Assembly: GCA_030390025.1 (NCBI GenBank)
Contig: CM059447.1
Span: 3,534,001 to 3,598,000, forward strand
Direction of reading: 5' to 3'
Length of the DNA stretch: 64,000 nucleotides
Origin: Squalus acanthias
Lineage: Eukaryota
Positions 49,471 to 61,319 of this stretch are shown in pieces. Position 1 is the first letter of the stretch, and each line of letters starts with the position of its first letter. The notes beneath the pieces were generated by a model. The model saw only the letters and a list, made by a program, of their open reading frames with translations. It ran no database searches and was not told where the DNA came from. Both the position numbers and the translations under genes were made by a program.

Positions 49471-50699
49471 TGATCTGCCGCTAGATATCACTGGTGCATA
49501 TGTTAATGAATACAGTGTTGTGTCTGATGGTATCTTCTTGCAAAACATAATTAATGTGCTGATTTTTTTCTCGACGTGACTCCCTGAATCCATTATTAGA
49601 CAACTGAAAATTGGATGTGGGCGTCTAAATGGATTGCAGATCTTACAATTCTGAATCTAGTAAGGTATAAATAACCTAATGAGACTGACAGAAACTATAA
49701 GCGTGTATAGATCGTGAGTTTAAATAGCATGTCTTGGAATTTGAATTGCATAAGTATGAGAATTCAAATATCTGTGAATATATCTTACTAAAAATGTAAA
49801 AGGAGTAACAGTAGAATTAGATACTATGAATGGTAAGTAATTCCAGCTAGATGTGCCCCTCTAACTGATTGTTTTAAGGAAGAAAACTAATTTACAGTTT
49901 TCCTTGCATTTAATCAAAATCTCAGCACTAATGGCTAGCAGTTGGTCTGAAAAGAGGCTGAAATCACTGCCGCTCATGATAAGCAGACAGACTCCAAGGA
50001 GATCCTTTTCACTGACGTCACTAGAATGCATCCGCTTCACCGTTGTACTAAGAAAATGTAGAAGCATTGAGGCTCCATAGAGGAACGTGTCAGTGTGGGA
50101 ATAACTTTAAAACAAATTGTGAAAAGGAAATAAACAGCTTCCTACATGTTTTTAAAACAAAAATGCATTAAGTACTTAGTTGGAGTGTACTCCTTTTAAA
50201 GAAGAGGTCTCATCATCTGATTCCTTTTAATTACTTTCACCTTCATATACAAATCTTAAATTCATATCTGAGAATTGGCTTGCATGCAAAGCTTCAGCTT
50301 AGATCACTAAGCCTCTGCAGGCCTCTAGATCCCAGCTTTTGTGATTCAGAGGACCCCCTAGCCTAATCTTCAATATTCCTTATTTAAGCAGTGTCCAAAT
50401 TGTGTTCTTGATCCCTGTCAATCCAGCCCTCAAAGCCCAGGCAATTTGATCCTATTTTTTGCTTGTATTTCTTACTTGCTGGATTTGTTTTTCAAATTTT
50501 GTGTTCCTGGATGTTTGCCAAGGACTGTTGTTAACACTATTGCCTCATTGGCAGTGAATTCTAAATCAGATCACCAAGGACTGTTGGTGTCCCCAGCGTA
50601 AGATGTACGTAAATTAAGGGGACGATGGACTTAAATCTTGTATGTGGCTCTGAAGTACGAATTAATGGGAACGTTGATTTAAACTTTCTACGTGCCCCT

Positions 50700-50990
50700 G
50701 AGACTTCATGGTACACATCTATGCTGCCAGATAATCTGTTTTGGTGGTGTGGTGTTAATTGAGGAATAGATTTTGGCCAGGGCACCTGGAAAACTCCCTG
50801 TTCTTTGAATAGTTGCATGGGGTATTTTGCGTCCACCTAAGCAGGCAGACATAACCTTCATTTTGATGTTCAATCCACAAAAACCCACCTCTGACAATGC
50901 AGCAGCCCTTCAGTACTGCACTAGCTAGCATAGATTATTTGCTTGTCTTGGAATGAGGCTTTAACCCACAATCTTCTGACTCAGGAGAGG
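50700..50990 (-). mobile_element. Deu-domain SINE, degenerate
   Basis: ccagataatctgttttggtg...ttggccagggcacc...gtccacctaagcaggcagac...cagtactgcact...acaatcttctgactc. Confidence 0.6.
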
Positions 50991-51193
50991 GTGATTTATG
51001 GCAAATGGTTTATAATCACTCCACCAGAACAGGCTACATTCTGGCAACCACTGAGTTTGTAACCAAGTTTTGGAATGTGTTTCTTGATAACCATTTCTTA
51101 GTATTGAATTGTTTCCTATGTTGGTTTTGGACACATTCCTATCCCTGTTTCCAGGAATTGTCACTTATTACTTCATCTGTTTCTGTTGACTAG

Positions 51194-51277
51194 TTGGGAA
51201 GAACGAAGAACTGCCTCAGGTCGGATACAGTATCTCAACCACATCACACGAACGACACAGTGGGAGAGACCTACTCG
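51194..51277 (+). CDS. SMURF2: SMURF2 coding exon 7 (WW1 domain: WEERRTASGRIQYLNHITRTTQWERPT)
   Basis: gactag acceptor, gtaagt donor; 84 nt, phase 2-2; canonical WW signature W...Y.NH...T.W..P. Confidence 0.97.
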
Positions 51278-51326
51278 GTAAGTGCAGAATAATAGTCATC
51301 CCTTTCTGCTGCTGTAGATTCTGAGG

Positions 51327-52458
51327 TCATAGTCATAATGGCACAGAAGGAGGCCATTCGGCCCATCGAGTCTGTGCCGGCTCTCTGTGGAGCAATCCAG
51401 TCAGTCCCATTCCCCCGCTCTATCCCCGTAGCCCTGCAAGTTTATTTCCCTCAAGAGCCTATCCAGTCTCCCCTTGAAAACATCGAGTGTCTCCGCTTTC
51501 ATCACTCGCTGCGTAAAAAAGTTTTTCCTCACATCCCCCTGTATCTCTTGCCCAAAACCTTAAATCTGTGTCCCCCTAGTCCTTGTGCCATCAACTAGTG
51601 GGAACAGCCTTTCCCCATCTAGCCTATCCAAACCCGTCATAATCTTGTACACCTCTATCAAATCACCCCTCAACCTCCTTTGCTCCAATGAAAACAAATC
51701 CAGCTTCTCCAACCTGTCCTTGTAGCTAAGATTCCCCCATCCCCGGAACCATTCTGGTAAATCTCCTCTGCACCCTCTCAAGGGCCTTCACATCCTTCCT
51801 AAAGTGTGGTGACCAGAACTGGACGCAATACTCCAGTTGTGGCCTAACCAGCGCTTTATAAAGGTTCAGCATAACTTCTCTACATTTGTACTCAATACCT
51901 CTATTTATGAAGCCCAAGATCCCTTATGCTTTGCTAACCACTCTCTCAATATGTCCTGCCACCTTCAGGGACCTGTGCATATTAACTCCCAGGCCCCTCT
52001 GTCCCTGCACACTCTTTAAAACTGTGCCATTAAGTGTATATTGCCTCTCCCTGTTCCTTCTGCCAAAATGCATCACCTCACACTTCTCTGTATTAAATTC
52101 CATCTGCCATTTGTCTGCCCATTCTGCTAGCCTTTCTATGTCCTGTTGCAGTCGATTGGTATCATCCTCACTGGTTGCCACACCCCCAAGTTTGGTGTCA
52201 TCGGCAAATTTAGAAATTCTATTCTGTATTCCAATATCCAGGTCATATCAAAAAAAACAGTGGCCCCAGCACTGACCCTTGGGGAAACACCACTGTCTAC
52301 CATCCTCCAGTCTGAAAATCAGCCATTTACCACAACTCGCTGTTTTCTATCCTTAAGCCAATTCCTTATCCAAGCTGCCACTGACCCAGCTGTTCCATGA
52401 GCCTCAGTTTTGTTAACCAGCCTTCTATGTGGTACTTTGTCAACCGCCTTCCTAAAAT
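51327..52458 (-). mobile_element. CR1 LINE 3' 1.1 kb, starting about 50 nt after the exon 7 donor
   Basis: Minus ORFs RLQQDIERLAEWADKWQMEFNTEKCEVMHFG; YKALVRPQLEYCVQFWSPHFRKD; RRLRGDLIEVYKIM. Confidence 0.95.
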
Positions 52459-53679
52459 CTGTCTGTGCTTGGTTAATACGATACTTTTAAAGCTGCATTG
52501 ACCTGACTACTTCTTAAAAATAATAATTGAAGAAAAGTGCCAGCCACTTAACGGGGCATGAAAGTGGAATAGGCCAATTTACCTTTTTTCCTTTTAAAAT
52601 TTCCTTCCCTTCGTGTATCTGCCCTCTCCTTGGAGAAAGAATTTGCATCCTCCTGTTTGCAGCCTTCCTGCATCACTCAGCACTTCTGTGCTTTTCACAT
52701 TTCTTAATTTGCTTTTTCAGAATTTCAGCCTTTCTGAATCTAAATGACTTATTTTAAGCTTATCCACTAAAGTTGATGATGGCATCTGTTTAATGCCCCT
52801 GCTCCACAATATGCTTGTAAAGATGGTGCTCTGCTCTGGTTGAAATACGGTATAAACAAAATCTTTAATTAAAAAGTCTGTAATTGGATTTGTTGTTGTG
52901 CAAGGAATTGCACGAAGTAAAAAGCATATTAGCATCCCTTGAATGTAATAGATAAATGATTAATCTACAGAAAGCACTGTCCAGTATTGTATAATGCAAT
53001 TCTTTGTAAAGGATAAGTGTTTATTAATGGACAGTAAACAATGTAATATGTGTTTTTGCAGTTTGTTTCCCAGCGATTTATGTAATTAACTCTTCAATCA
53101 TTCGCAAATCCAGTCTCTCTGCATTAGTGTAAGTTTTCAGTCCCCCACCATGCTGCTGAAACATACACTAATACTTCAGTGATGGAGTTACTGAGATGTC
53201 AGGAGTAGCTTTATTATTGTAGTATCCCAATACAACCAAAATACAAAATATCACATTTTTAAAAAATATAAACACTCCTCACCTCAATTTCTCTCTCCTG
53301 TTTTTATTTTAACTTTTTAATTTTACTTTTGAATCTATATTCATTTTTATTCTTCTAAACCCTTTCCTTACATTGTTTCTGCTTTCCCTGGCTCCCATCC
53401 TTTATTTGGAGGTGGAAGCAAATTGCACAAAGGTGGGTTTTGATTGGCTAAAGACTCTATCCAAAAATTATTTTTTTAAGCTAGTCAAAAGGCAGAAGAC
53501 TGTAGATTATCATGGCCCTCTGATGGACAAGCAAACTGATTGACAGCCACGGAGAAAATCATGCCAGACAAATGGACTCATTTGTGGTGTGCTATTTAAG
53601 TATATTTTGAGCAAAAGCTTCAAAACTTGATTGAAATGTAGCCCTTTTCGAAAGATATAGATACAGCTAAGGATATGTA

Positions 53680-53810
53680 ACCAGGGTACGGTAGTGTAGT
53701 AGTTACCCGGTCTGGCCTATGTGACTCCAGTCCCACGCCAACATGGTTGAATCTTAACTGCCCTCTGAAGTGGCCTAGCGAGCCACTCAGTTGTATCAAA
53801 CCGCTACAAA
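53680..53810 (+). mobile_element. Internally deleted SINE (same family as 1600-1822)
   Basis: ggtagtgtagtagtta head joined to cccggtctggcctatgtgactccag...cttaactgccctctgaagtggcctagc. Confidence 0.6.
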
Positions 53811-53924
53811 GAACTTCTGAGCACACTTTTTTTGTGCCAACTCTCTCCCATCCTCCATTCCTGAAAGCATCGACTCTTGGTAGGGTGTGATCCCACAGAT
53901 TGCTTGCGTCATCTGAAATCTCAC

Positions 53925-54260
53925 ATATGACCACTCTTCATATGTGAGTCTAGTCAGTGAGTGTTGGCCAGCTCTTCAACTATGGAGGGTGAAGTGTGGC
54001 CTTCACAGCTGAGACTAATTCTGACTTAACCATGATCTAGTAAACCCTGTTGAAAAGCAGGTGCATGGTATACTATTAGGAGTGGGATCCCAGGATGATC
54101 ATTTTCTTTTCAAACCCCCCCCCCCCCCCCGCAACCCCAGCCCGCCATCCCCCAGCCCAGCGGTGCCATCCTGGCTGAGATTAATGAACTCAGTGTGGAC
54201 TAGAAATTGAACCTGGGATTTGTAGGCTCTATGGGCCAATTACATGGTGACTTTACTAAC
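53925..54260 (-). mobile_element. AmnSINE2-like SINE, degenerate
   Basis: ttcatatgtgagtctagtcagtgagtgttggc...ctggctgagatt...attgaacctggga. Confidence 0.55.
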
Positions 54261-55094
54261 TACACCATTGGGAGAGCTTTTGAGCTCAATTTTCCATTAA
54301 ACATGGTGCACTTTAAACATGACATTTTAACGTTTATATGAAAAAAAAATTGAGCGTATGTATAATGAGAATTCAGGTTGCAAATTATACCCATATCTCC
54401 ATAATGATTAACTTTACTTTTTGCACTTAATTGCTGGCTCTCTGTGTAGACTGAAGTTAAATACCATTTGTCAATAAACCTCATTGTTCATAATTTTGAT
54501 TTCTACCTCTTTTTCCATCCCCCCCCACTTCTCAAAATACAATTTACAAAATTGTTTATTATGGCTAACATTTTTGTGGCAGGCAATCTTCTTTGGCTGT
54601 GAAATTTTGAGCGGAAAACAAGTGGAAGTTGTAGGGCAGTGGCGCTTTAACAGCGGAAAACACAAACCATTCTTCAAACTCCTTTTAAGGGTCAAAATTA
54701 ATGACTTTGTTATCAGTGCATTACGTGCATAGGCTTCAGCAACTAAAATTGTGTTGTACAGTACAGTGTGTTTAAAAAAAAAAAGAATCCCAGATAAACG
54801 AAGAAACCATGACATCACCAGACACTCAGACCACAGTCTCCTTCAAAAATTCCACCATATCTGACTCTTTCCTGTCGTGCAACATGACGGATGTGAGTCA
54901 TGTGAGCATAAATCAGTCTTTCTATTTCAGTTGCTTCCTTAAATGCAGGGGGAGGGGCGGATCTGAGTTTCAGCTGATTGACTTGTTTGATTAGTTTTTA
55001 AATAAAGATCAGCATTGTTTCAGTCTGTAACTTCTGTATCTTTTACTAAAATTAATTGATGATTATTAGATTTCAACTATTTTCTTTAGTTTTC

Positions 55095-55455
55095 CTGGCT
55101 CAGCGGATACTTGCACCATGAATGTGGTTTTCAGCCACATGAACCTCAAAGGTTCCTATTCTGTGCTGAGTTAGTAGATTTTGGATGGCATGACAGTGCG
55201 CATTCCGTAATTGACCTCAATACCCTGGCCACTAGCCAATGAATTCTACTGGAAAGTGCATTTGTGTGTGGATGCCGGCTGAGGGCAGGATCAGGCTTGA
55301 CTGTGATGCTGTCCACAGTCAAATATCCTAGTGATATTTACTGCCTAGGCTCACAAATCAAGAATGGCCACTTGTCAAGGTACTAGAGGGCATCTCCGTG
55401 GTTTTGAAACGACCCCAACAATAATAAGCATCCTCAGGAGATGGGGAAAAGGGGA
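55095..55455 (+). mobile_element. AmnSINE2-like SINE
   Basis: tggctcagcgg...ctgtgctgagttag...ggcaggatcaggcttgactgtgatgc...ctaggctcacaaatcaagaatggccactt. Confidence 0.6.
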
Positions 55456-55729
55456 GAAACCTGAGGATGAGTCCATGCACAGACAGAGGGCAGGTGGCTA
55501 ACCTACAACAGGCTTTCAGCAATGCTGCTGTGTAATTGGCTGCTAGGAGATGGACCAGTGCAGCCAGAGTTGACGCCTTCCAATTTATATTTCTTTTACC
55601 TCTCTGAGACCTTATGAATTGCTTAGCCTTCAGTTTGTGCCTTCCCCTGTCATCATAGCTGAGATATGGAACTCAAAATGGGGAATGCTAGCAATATTCA
55701 TCACTCAAGACACAAAGCTTTGAAGTTCC

Positions 55730-56360
55730 AACAACAACTTTCATTTATATTGTACCTTTTAATGTAATAAAACTTCCTATGGTGCTTCATTCACATTGGA
55801 GAGTGCGGATCAAGCAGTAGTAGAAGAGTTAGATGAGTTGACCGAAGATTTCTTGGAAAGAAATGTTTTGAGGAGGCTCATAGAGACAGGGAGGAACATA
55901 GCAAGCTGCAGAGGTTTAGGGAGGGAGTTCTAGAGGGTAGAACGTCGGTGAATGAAAGTTCTGCCACTACAAGGAGAATTGGGTGGGCAATGAACAGTCG
56001 GCCTGAGTCAGAGGACTGTGTGGGAGGTAGGGTAACAGGAGGTTACCGAGATAGGGTGGGGCAAGACATAGAGGTATTTGTAATCAAGGAAAATGATTTT
56101 TCAAATGGTATGTTGGAGAACAGGAAACAGTGTTGGTTGATGAGGCACCTTCTATGAGACAAGGTGCAGGTGGTCGATTTTTTGACTAGTTGGAGTTTGC
56201 AGAGGTTGGTGAGGAGAGCTTTCAAGAAATCAAGTTTTGAGGTAATGAAAGCGTGATATGGCCAGTAGGAATATGTTTGGTGGAGTGCGGGAGTTGGGGA
56301 AATCAGTTGGTGATTAATGCATGGATGAAGATTTCATTGGCAGAGAGGCTGAGGTAGGCC
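55730..56360 (-). mobile_element. L2 LINE 3' end, degenerate
   Basis: caacaacaactttcatttatat tail; agaggtttagggagggagttc. Confidence 0.65.
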
Positions 56361-57726
56361 CCATCTTATTTCAACTATCCTTTATGGAAAAATAATTCTC
56401 ATCATTTGGTTTACATTCCTTCTCCTTCCCACCCTGCAAATATTGCATGCTGTTTGTCTAGCGTAAAGCCTCTATTACCAATGGCGATCTATAATTAAGC
56501 ACCAGAAATTGTGCAGAAGTGGTCTGTGACTGCTCCATCTGCGACAGCTTGCCCTTCATATGGGGAAGTCCACTTGGTGCCTCTTCCAGATCGCTCAGCT
56601 GACACTCCAGACATGAACAGGGCAGTTGAGATTTTGACCTTGATTTACATCATAAGATTTATTGAAGACTCTCCAGTTGTTTTTCTATATGGTTAACATG
56701 CCATAGAAGCCAGTTTGTTACTTTCTGTCTGCAGCTTGTCAGACTTGGATTTAAACATCCTAGCATCCCTTGATTTAGTGTGAAGACAACACTAAAACAT
56801 TAATTAAATAAGTCTCTAACTACAAACAAAATGCTTATTGGGCATTTCCTTACCAAATATAGTCTTCAATATCAACTTAAAGGAACTTGGAATTAAAAAA
56901 CGTTTGTGAAGAATATGAACATTTGTTTTACCTTCTGTTCATTTTCAGATTGCCTTGGTACTAATATTTAAAATACTTGTAAAACATTGTTTAAAGTTGC
57001 AATGGGTTTGACAAATTTCAAATTTTGCACATCGCATACCATTCAATTGTGATTTAAAAAAAAAACTTTCCTCTTTCTCTATATGCCATTCTCTAACCTG
57101 TTCCAAGGCCCCTTTTCAATGTTGCTCCATTACTGGAAGCTAGGAAGTGTGTAAGAGGGAACCCCCCTCCTCTCCCTTCCAACCACAATAAGTTGATTCA
57201 TTATCTTTATCTTTATTTTCCTCTTCTTTCCTGTGTGGAAGAGCTTTCATCGTCAGCCGGGTTCCTTACGTTAAATATTGTAGAGTTACACCAGCTTGTT
57301 GCCATTCCACAGCACACTTCCGTAGACTGCTATTAAAGTACTATTATTTTAACAGTTTCCTTTGATCATTTTTTTTTCTTCTTCCTTCCCAGTATCCCCA
57401 AATACCTGATCCTATCCTCAACTAGGAGGGCGACCTAAATTTCCCAGGTCTTCCCTTCCTCCCTTTAAGCAAAGACCGAACCTCCACTTTCCACCTTTGT
57501 ACCACGGCATGACTGAGATCATGGGTGCACTGTTGGTGCACACCTATGCCTCACCTCTCTTTTGTTACCCATATTTTCATGAAAATGACATAGCTATATT
57601 TGTAGGGCACAGGTTTGGTTTTATTGTACATTGCTGTCTTAGTGTTGTGTTTAGAACGGCTTCATTATTTCTATATAAATACCAGAAGTAGAGTGTTAAT
57701 TTCTCTCTTTCCCCACCTGGTCATAG

Positions 57727-57929
57727 GCCGGCCTCTGAATATGCCAGTCCTGGCAGGCCACTGAGTTGCATCGTGGATGAGAATACACCAATTACACCAG
57801 CTAATGGCGCCTCATGTGGACAGACCCCTGACCCAAGGATGGCAGAGAGGAGAGTGAGGTCACAAAGACACAGGAACTATATGAGTCGGACGCATTTGCA
57901 CCTCCCACCCGATCTCCCAGAAGGTTATG
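57727..57929 (+). CDS. SMURF2: SMURF2 coding exon 8 (linker to WW2: PASEYASPGRPLSCIVDENTPITPANGASCGQTPDPRMAERRVRSQRHRNYMSRTHLHLPPDLPEGY)
   Basis: tcatag acceptor, gtaagt donor; 203 nt; part of ORF 57773..58024; ends at the WW2 start LPEGY. Confidence 0.96.
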
Positions 57930-58119
57930 GTAAGTTGCCTAATTTCACTTTGAGTAGAAGCCTGTCTAATGTAATCTTGGGGATTGTTATAATCCTGTTT
58001 TGCATCACGTGTGATTTTGGTTAGCATTATTTTGAGTATTATAAGCAGATAGGGAGTTTGCTGTACACAAGTAAATATTGTCAGTATATACAAAAGGCAG
58101 TTGAGTTTCCTGCTATAAC

Positions 58120-58531
58120 ATAAGATTGAGTAGACTAGGCCCATATTCTCTGGAGTTTAGAAGAATGAGGGGTGATCTCATTGAAACATATAAAATTCTG
58201 AAGGGGCTCGACAGGGTAGATGCAGGGAGGATGTTTCCCCTGGCTAGGGAGTCTAGAACTAGGGGTCGGCCACGTAGGACTGAGATGAGAAATTTCTTCA
58301 CTCAGAGGGTTGTGATTTTTGGAATTTACCCCAGAGGGCTGTGGATGCTCAGTCGTTGAGTACATTCAATAAAGAAATCGCTAGATTATTGGATACTAAG
58401 TGAATCAAGGAATATGGGGACAGTGCGGGAAGAAGGAGTTGAGGTAGAAGATCATCCATGATCTTATTGAACGGTGGAGCAGGCTCGAAGGGCTGAATGG
58501 CCTACTCCTGCTCCTATTTCTTATGTTCTTC
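58120..58531 (+). mobile_element. CR1 LINE 3' end
   Basis: SRLGPYSLEFRRMRGDLIETYKILKGLDRVDAGRMFPL; tail ggcctactcctgctcctatttcttatgttctt. Confidence 0.93.
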
Positions 58532-59359
58532 TTAACATCTATAAAGCTCAACTAAAATAACATTTGGTAGCAGGATTCTTTGAAGCAATTTTTTTTGATG
58601 TGTGGAGTGGTGGAGGGAGGGGGTGCTCAGGGGTGTGTAGAGAGCTCAGAGGTGAAGGGTTTAAAACACAACTTTACATTAATCCTCATCTCCCTAATCA
58701 CTAGTATCAAACCATTTGACAAGCCTTGTATTGTGCTTGTAGTGATGTCAGGCCTTCAACTGGAGCTATTAAATCATATTTTCCTGGCCTTTCCCTGGAT
58801 CCTTTTACGCCTTCCTTTTCAAATAACTTATCCAAATTTTTTTAAATGATCCGTAATGGTGACTTGTGGTGAAGCATTCCATATTCTAATCACTCTTTAT
58901 GTAAAAAGTATCATCCAAGATCTTTGTTTCTTGACGCTCGTTCTCTTTCTTCCTCCATTCCCTCATTCTAAGGTTTACTTTTTTGGCTCTCTATTTGTTT
59001 AATTTTTTTATTACTTTCAATTTTACTATTTTTTCCATTGTTTTCACACTTTATGGGAAATGCTGCAGGTTCGATTGGGGTCTTGTGTAACCAAGAGAAA
59101 TGGATGAGTCACTTTACACAGTTGGGGCTTTCCATGGTGAGAAGGAATGGCAGGAAAGCTTGTCTACAGTATCAAGGGCTTATGGAGCTGAGTTGAACAT
59201 GTTGTATATATTTGTTGAAAGCTGGAGAGTTGTCCTTGTTGAAGCAGGAAGGATGCTAAAAAAGATAGTCTATGATGCTACCGCTTTGAGGAACTGCAAG
59301 GGATGGGATGGTAGTTAGGCTAAGTTTTGTAAGGCAGCAAACTTGCTGTGCAGAAGCTT

Positions 59360-59835
59360 ATAGAATCATAGAATGGTTACAGCACGGAAGAAGGCCATTC
59401 GGCCCATCGAGCCCGTGCCGACTCTCAGCTCGTCCCACTCCCCTGCCCTTTCCCCTTAGCCCTGCAATTTTTTTCCTTCAGGTACTTCTCCAACTCCCTT
59501 TTGAAAGATAAAATTGAGTCTGCCTCCACCACCCTTTTCAGGCAGTGCATTCCAGATCTTAACCACTCGCTGCGTAAATTTTTTTTTTCTTATGTCGCCT
59601 TTGGTTCTTTAGCCAGTCACCTTAAATCTGTGTCCTCTGGTTCTCGACCCTTCTGCCAATGGGAGCAGTTTCTCTCTATCCACCCTGTCCTGACCCCTCA
59701 TGATTTTGAACACCTCTATCAAATTTTTTCTCAATCTTCTCTGCTCCAAGGAGAACAACCCCAGTTTCTCCAGTCTATCAATGTAACTGAAGTCCCTCAT
59801 TCCTGGAATCATTCTCGTAAATCTTTTCTGCACCC
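59360..59835 (-). mobile_element. CR1 LINE 3' end
   Basis: ORF 59609..59833 QKRFTRMIPGMRDFSYIDRLEKLGLFSLEQRRL; atagaatcatagaa tail. Confidence 0.93.
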
Positions 59836-61319
59836 TTATATCTGCGGCAGTAGGTCATAATGTCATTAAAATAGTTTATCAGAATATGCATCTCCTAGAG
59901 TGTCTGAACTTTTTTTGTTTGTGTGGGCTACCTAGGTTTGTATCACGGAGTCCTTTGGCTCATGTAAAAGTTTAAATAGATGTTCGCATTAATTATCTTA
60001 TCCTGGTCCAATACTAAAATATCTTGGTGTACAGATTTGATTTCTTTGCCATTGAGGGAGGAGTATCAGAGAGCAGAACTTTTGTTGTTTGGGTATCCCA
60101 GCCCTTGATCTCTAATAGAATGCTGCTGCTCAGCACCATCACCACAAGGGTTCAAGGAGAAAACCCAACACCACCTCAGGCCAGCTAGGGATGGGCAATA
60201 AATACAAGCTTGCCAGCATTTCCCATTTCCTGAGATTTTTAAATAAATCGGTTGTGGGGATGGAGAGGCAAACTGTGGTTTGTTTGCTGTGACCTTTACA
60301 GAGCCCAAATGCTTCGAGAAGTCGTCTGGGAAGATAGTGGGAATAAAATATTCACCTATCGTTCAGTTACAGCAGCCCTTTTGTACTGGCCCGTCAGGAA
60401 AACCACCTGTAACCTTTACATTCGTGTAGAGATGAATGTGTGGATAGGACTTGTTTTGCTTTGTTGTATATGGGGATCTTAACAGTCTTTCATGCCAATG
60501 TTTTATTAGGTGAATGTGGACAGTACAGGTATCTTGAAATCTGCAAAGATATTTTCATGCTGGTAACCAAGATTGTGATAGAAGTATAATAAATTGCTTT
60601 ACTGCGTAGTGCTTTTGGGCTCAAGGCACATTGTGGGTTTAAGGGTGTAGTGAATATAATCTCTTGTGTGGAGTATGAGGTTATTTATTAAATTAATGTA
60701 CACCATACGTAAAACAGAATTACTGATTGAGGAAGAGGAAGTGAGGGGGATTCTGGTTCAAACGGAGCAATTAAAAAATGTATATTAATGAGAAATATAG
60801 GTGACGAGTCTGGGCCCAAAATGCAAGAAACCATCAAGATTGAAGAGAGTAGAATCGAAGATGAGCTAAATTCAGAAGCAGTGATTAGGTTACAGCAAGC
60901 TTGGGTATTAAAATCTTACAGATTGTGGGAGTAATACTCACGTTTAAATCAAACTGCCTCTCACGTGCTTGGTCATGGGAAGGTTTTGTTCAGAAGACAG
61001 GATTTACAAACTAGCGAAACTTTTCATTGTTGTATCGTTTCAAATGTTGCTAGTAAAGATAAGTGATCTTTATGAAGAAGGGGGAAAAAAATGAAAAAGC
61101 AGGTGGACTTGTAGCAATTCAAATGTTGTATTTGCCCCAGGCATGGCTCGTGCTCTCGAGTCTGCCAGCAAGACCACACTGTTTATTTGAGGATTAGGGA
61201 CACTGGCTGACTTGTGGAACATGGTGTCTTGCATATTTATGCTTACAAAATATGGCCAAGACTCATCAGTTAGCTGTTTTCGTTGGCAGTGAGGAGAGTG
61301 TATTTTTTTTTGCTATTTC

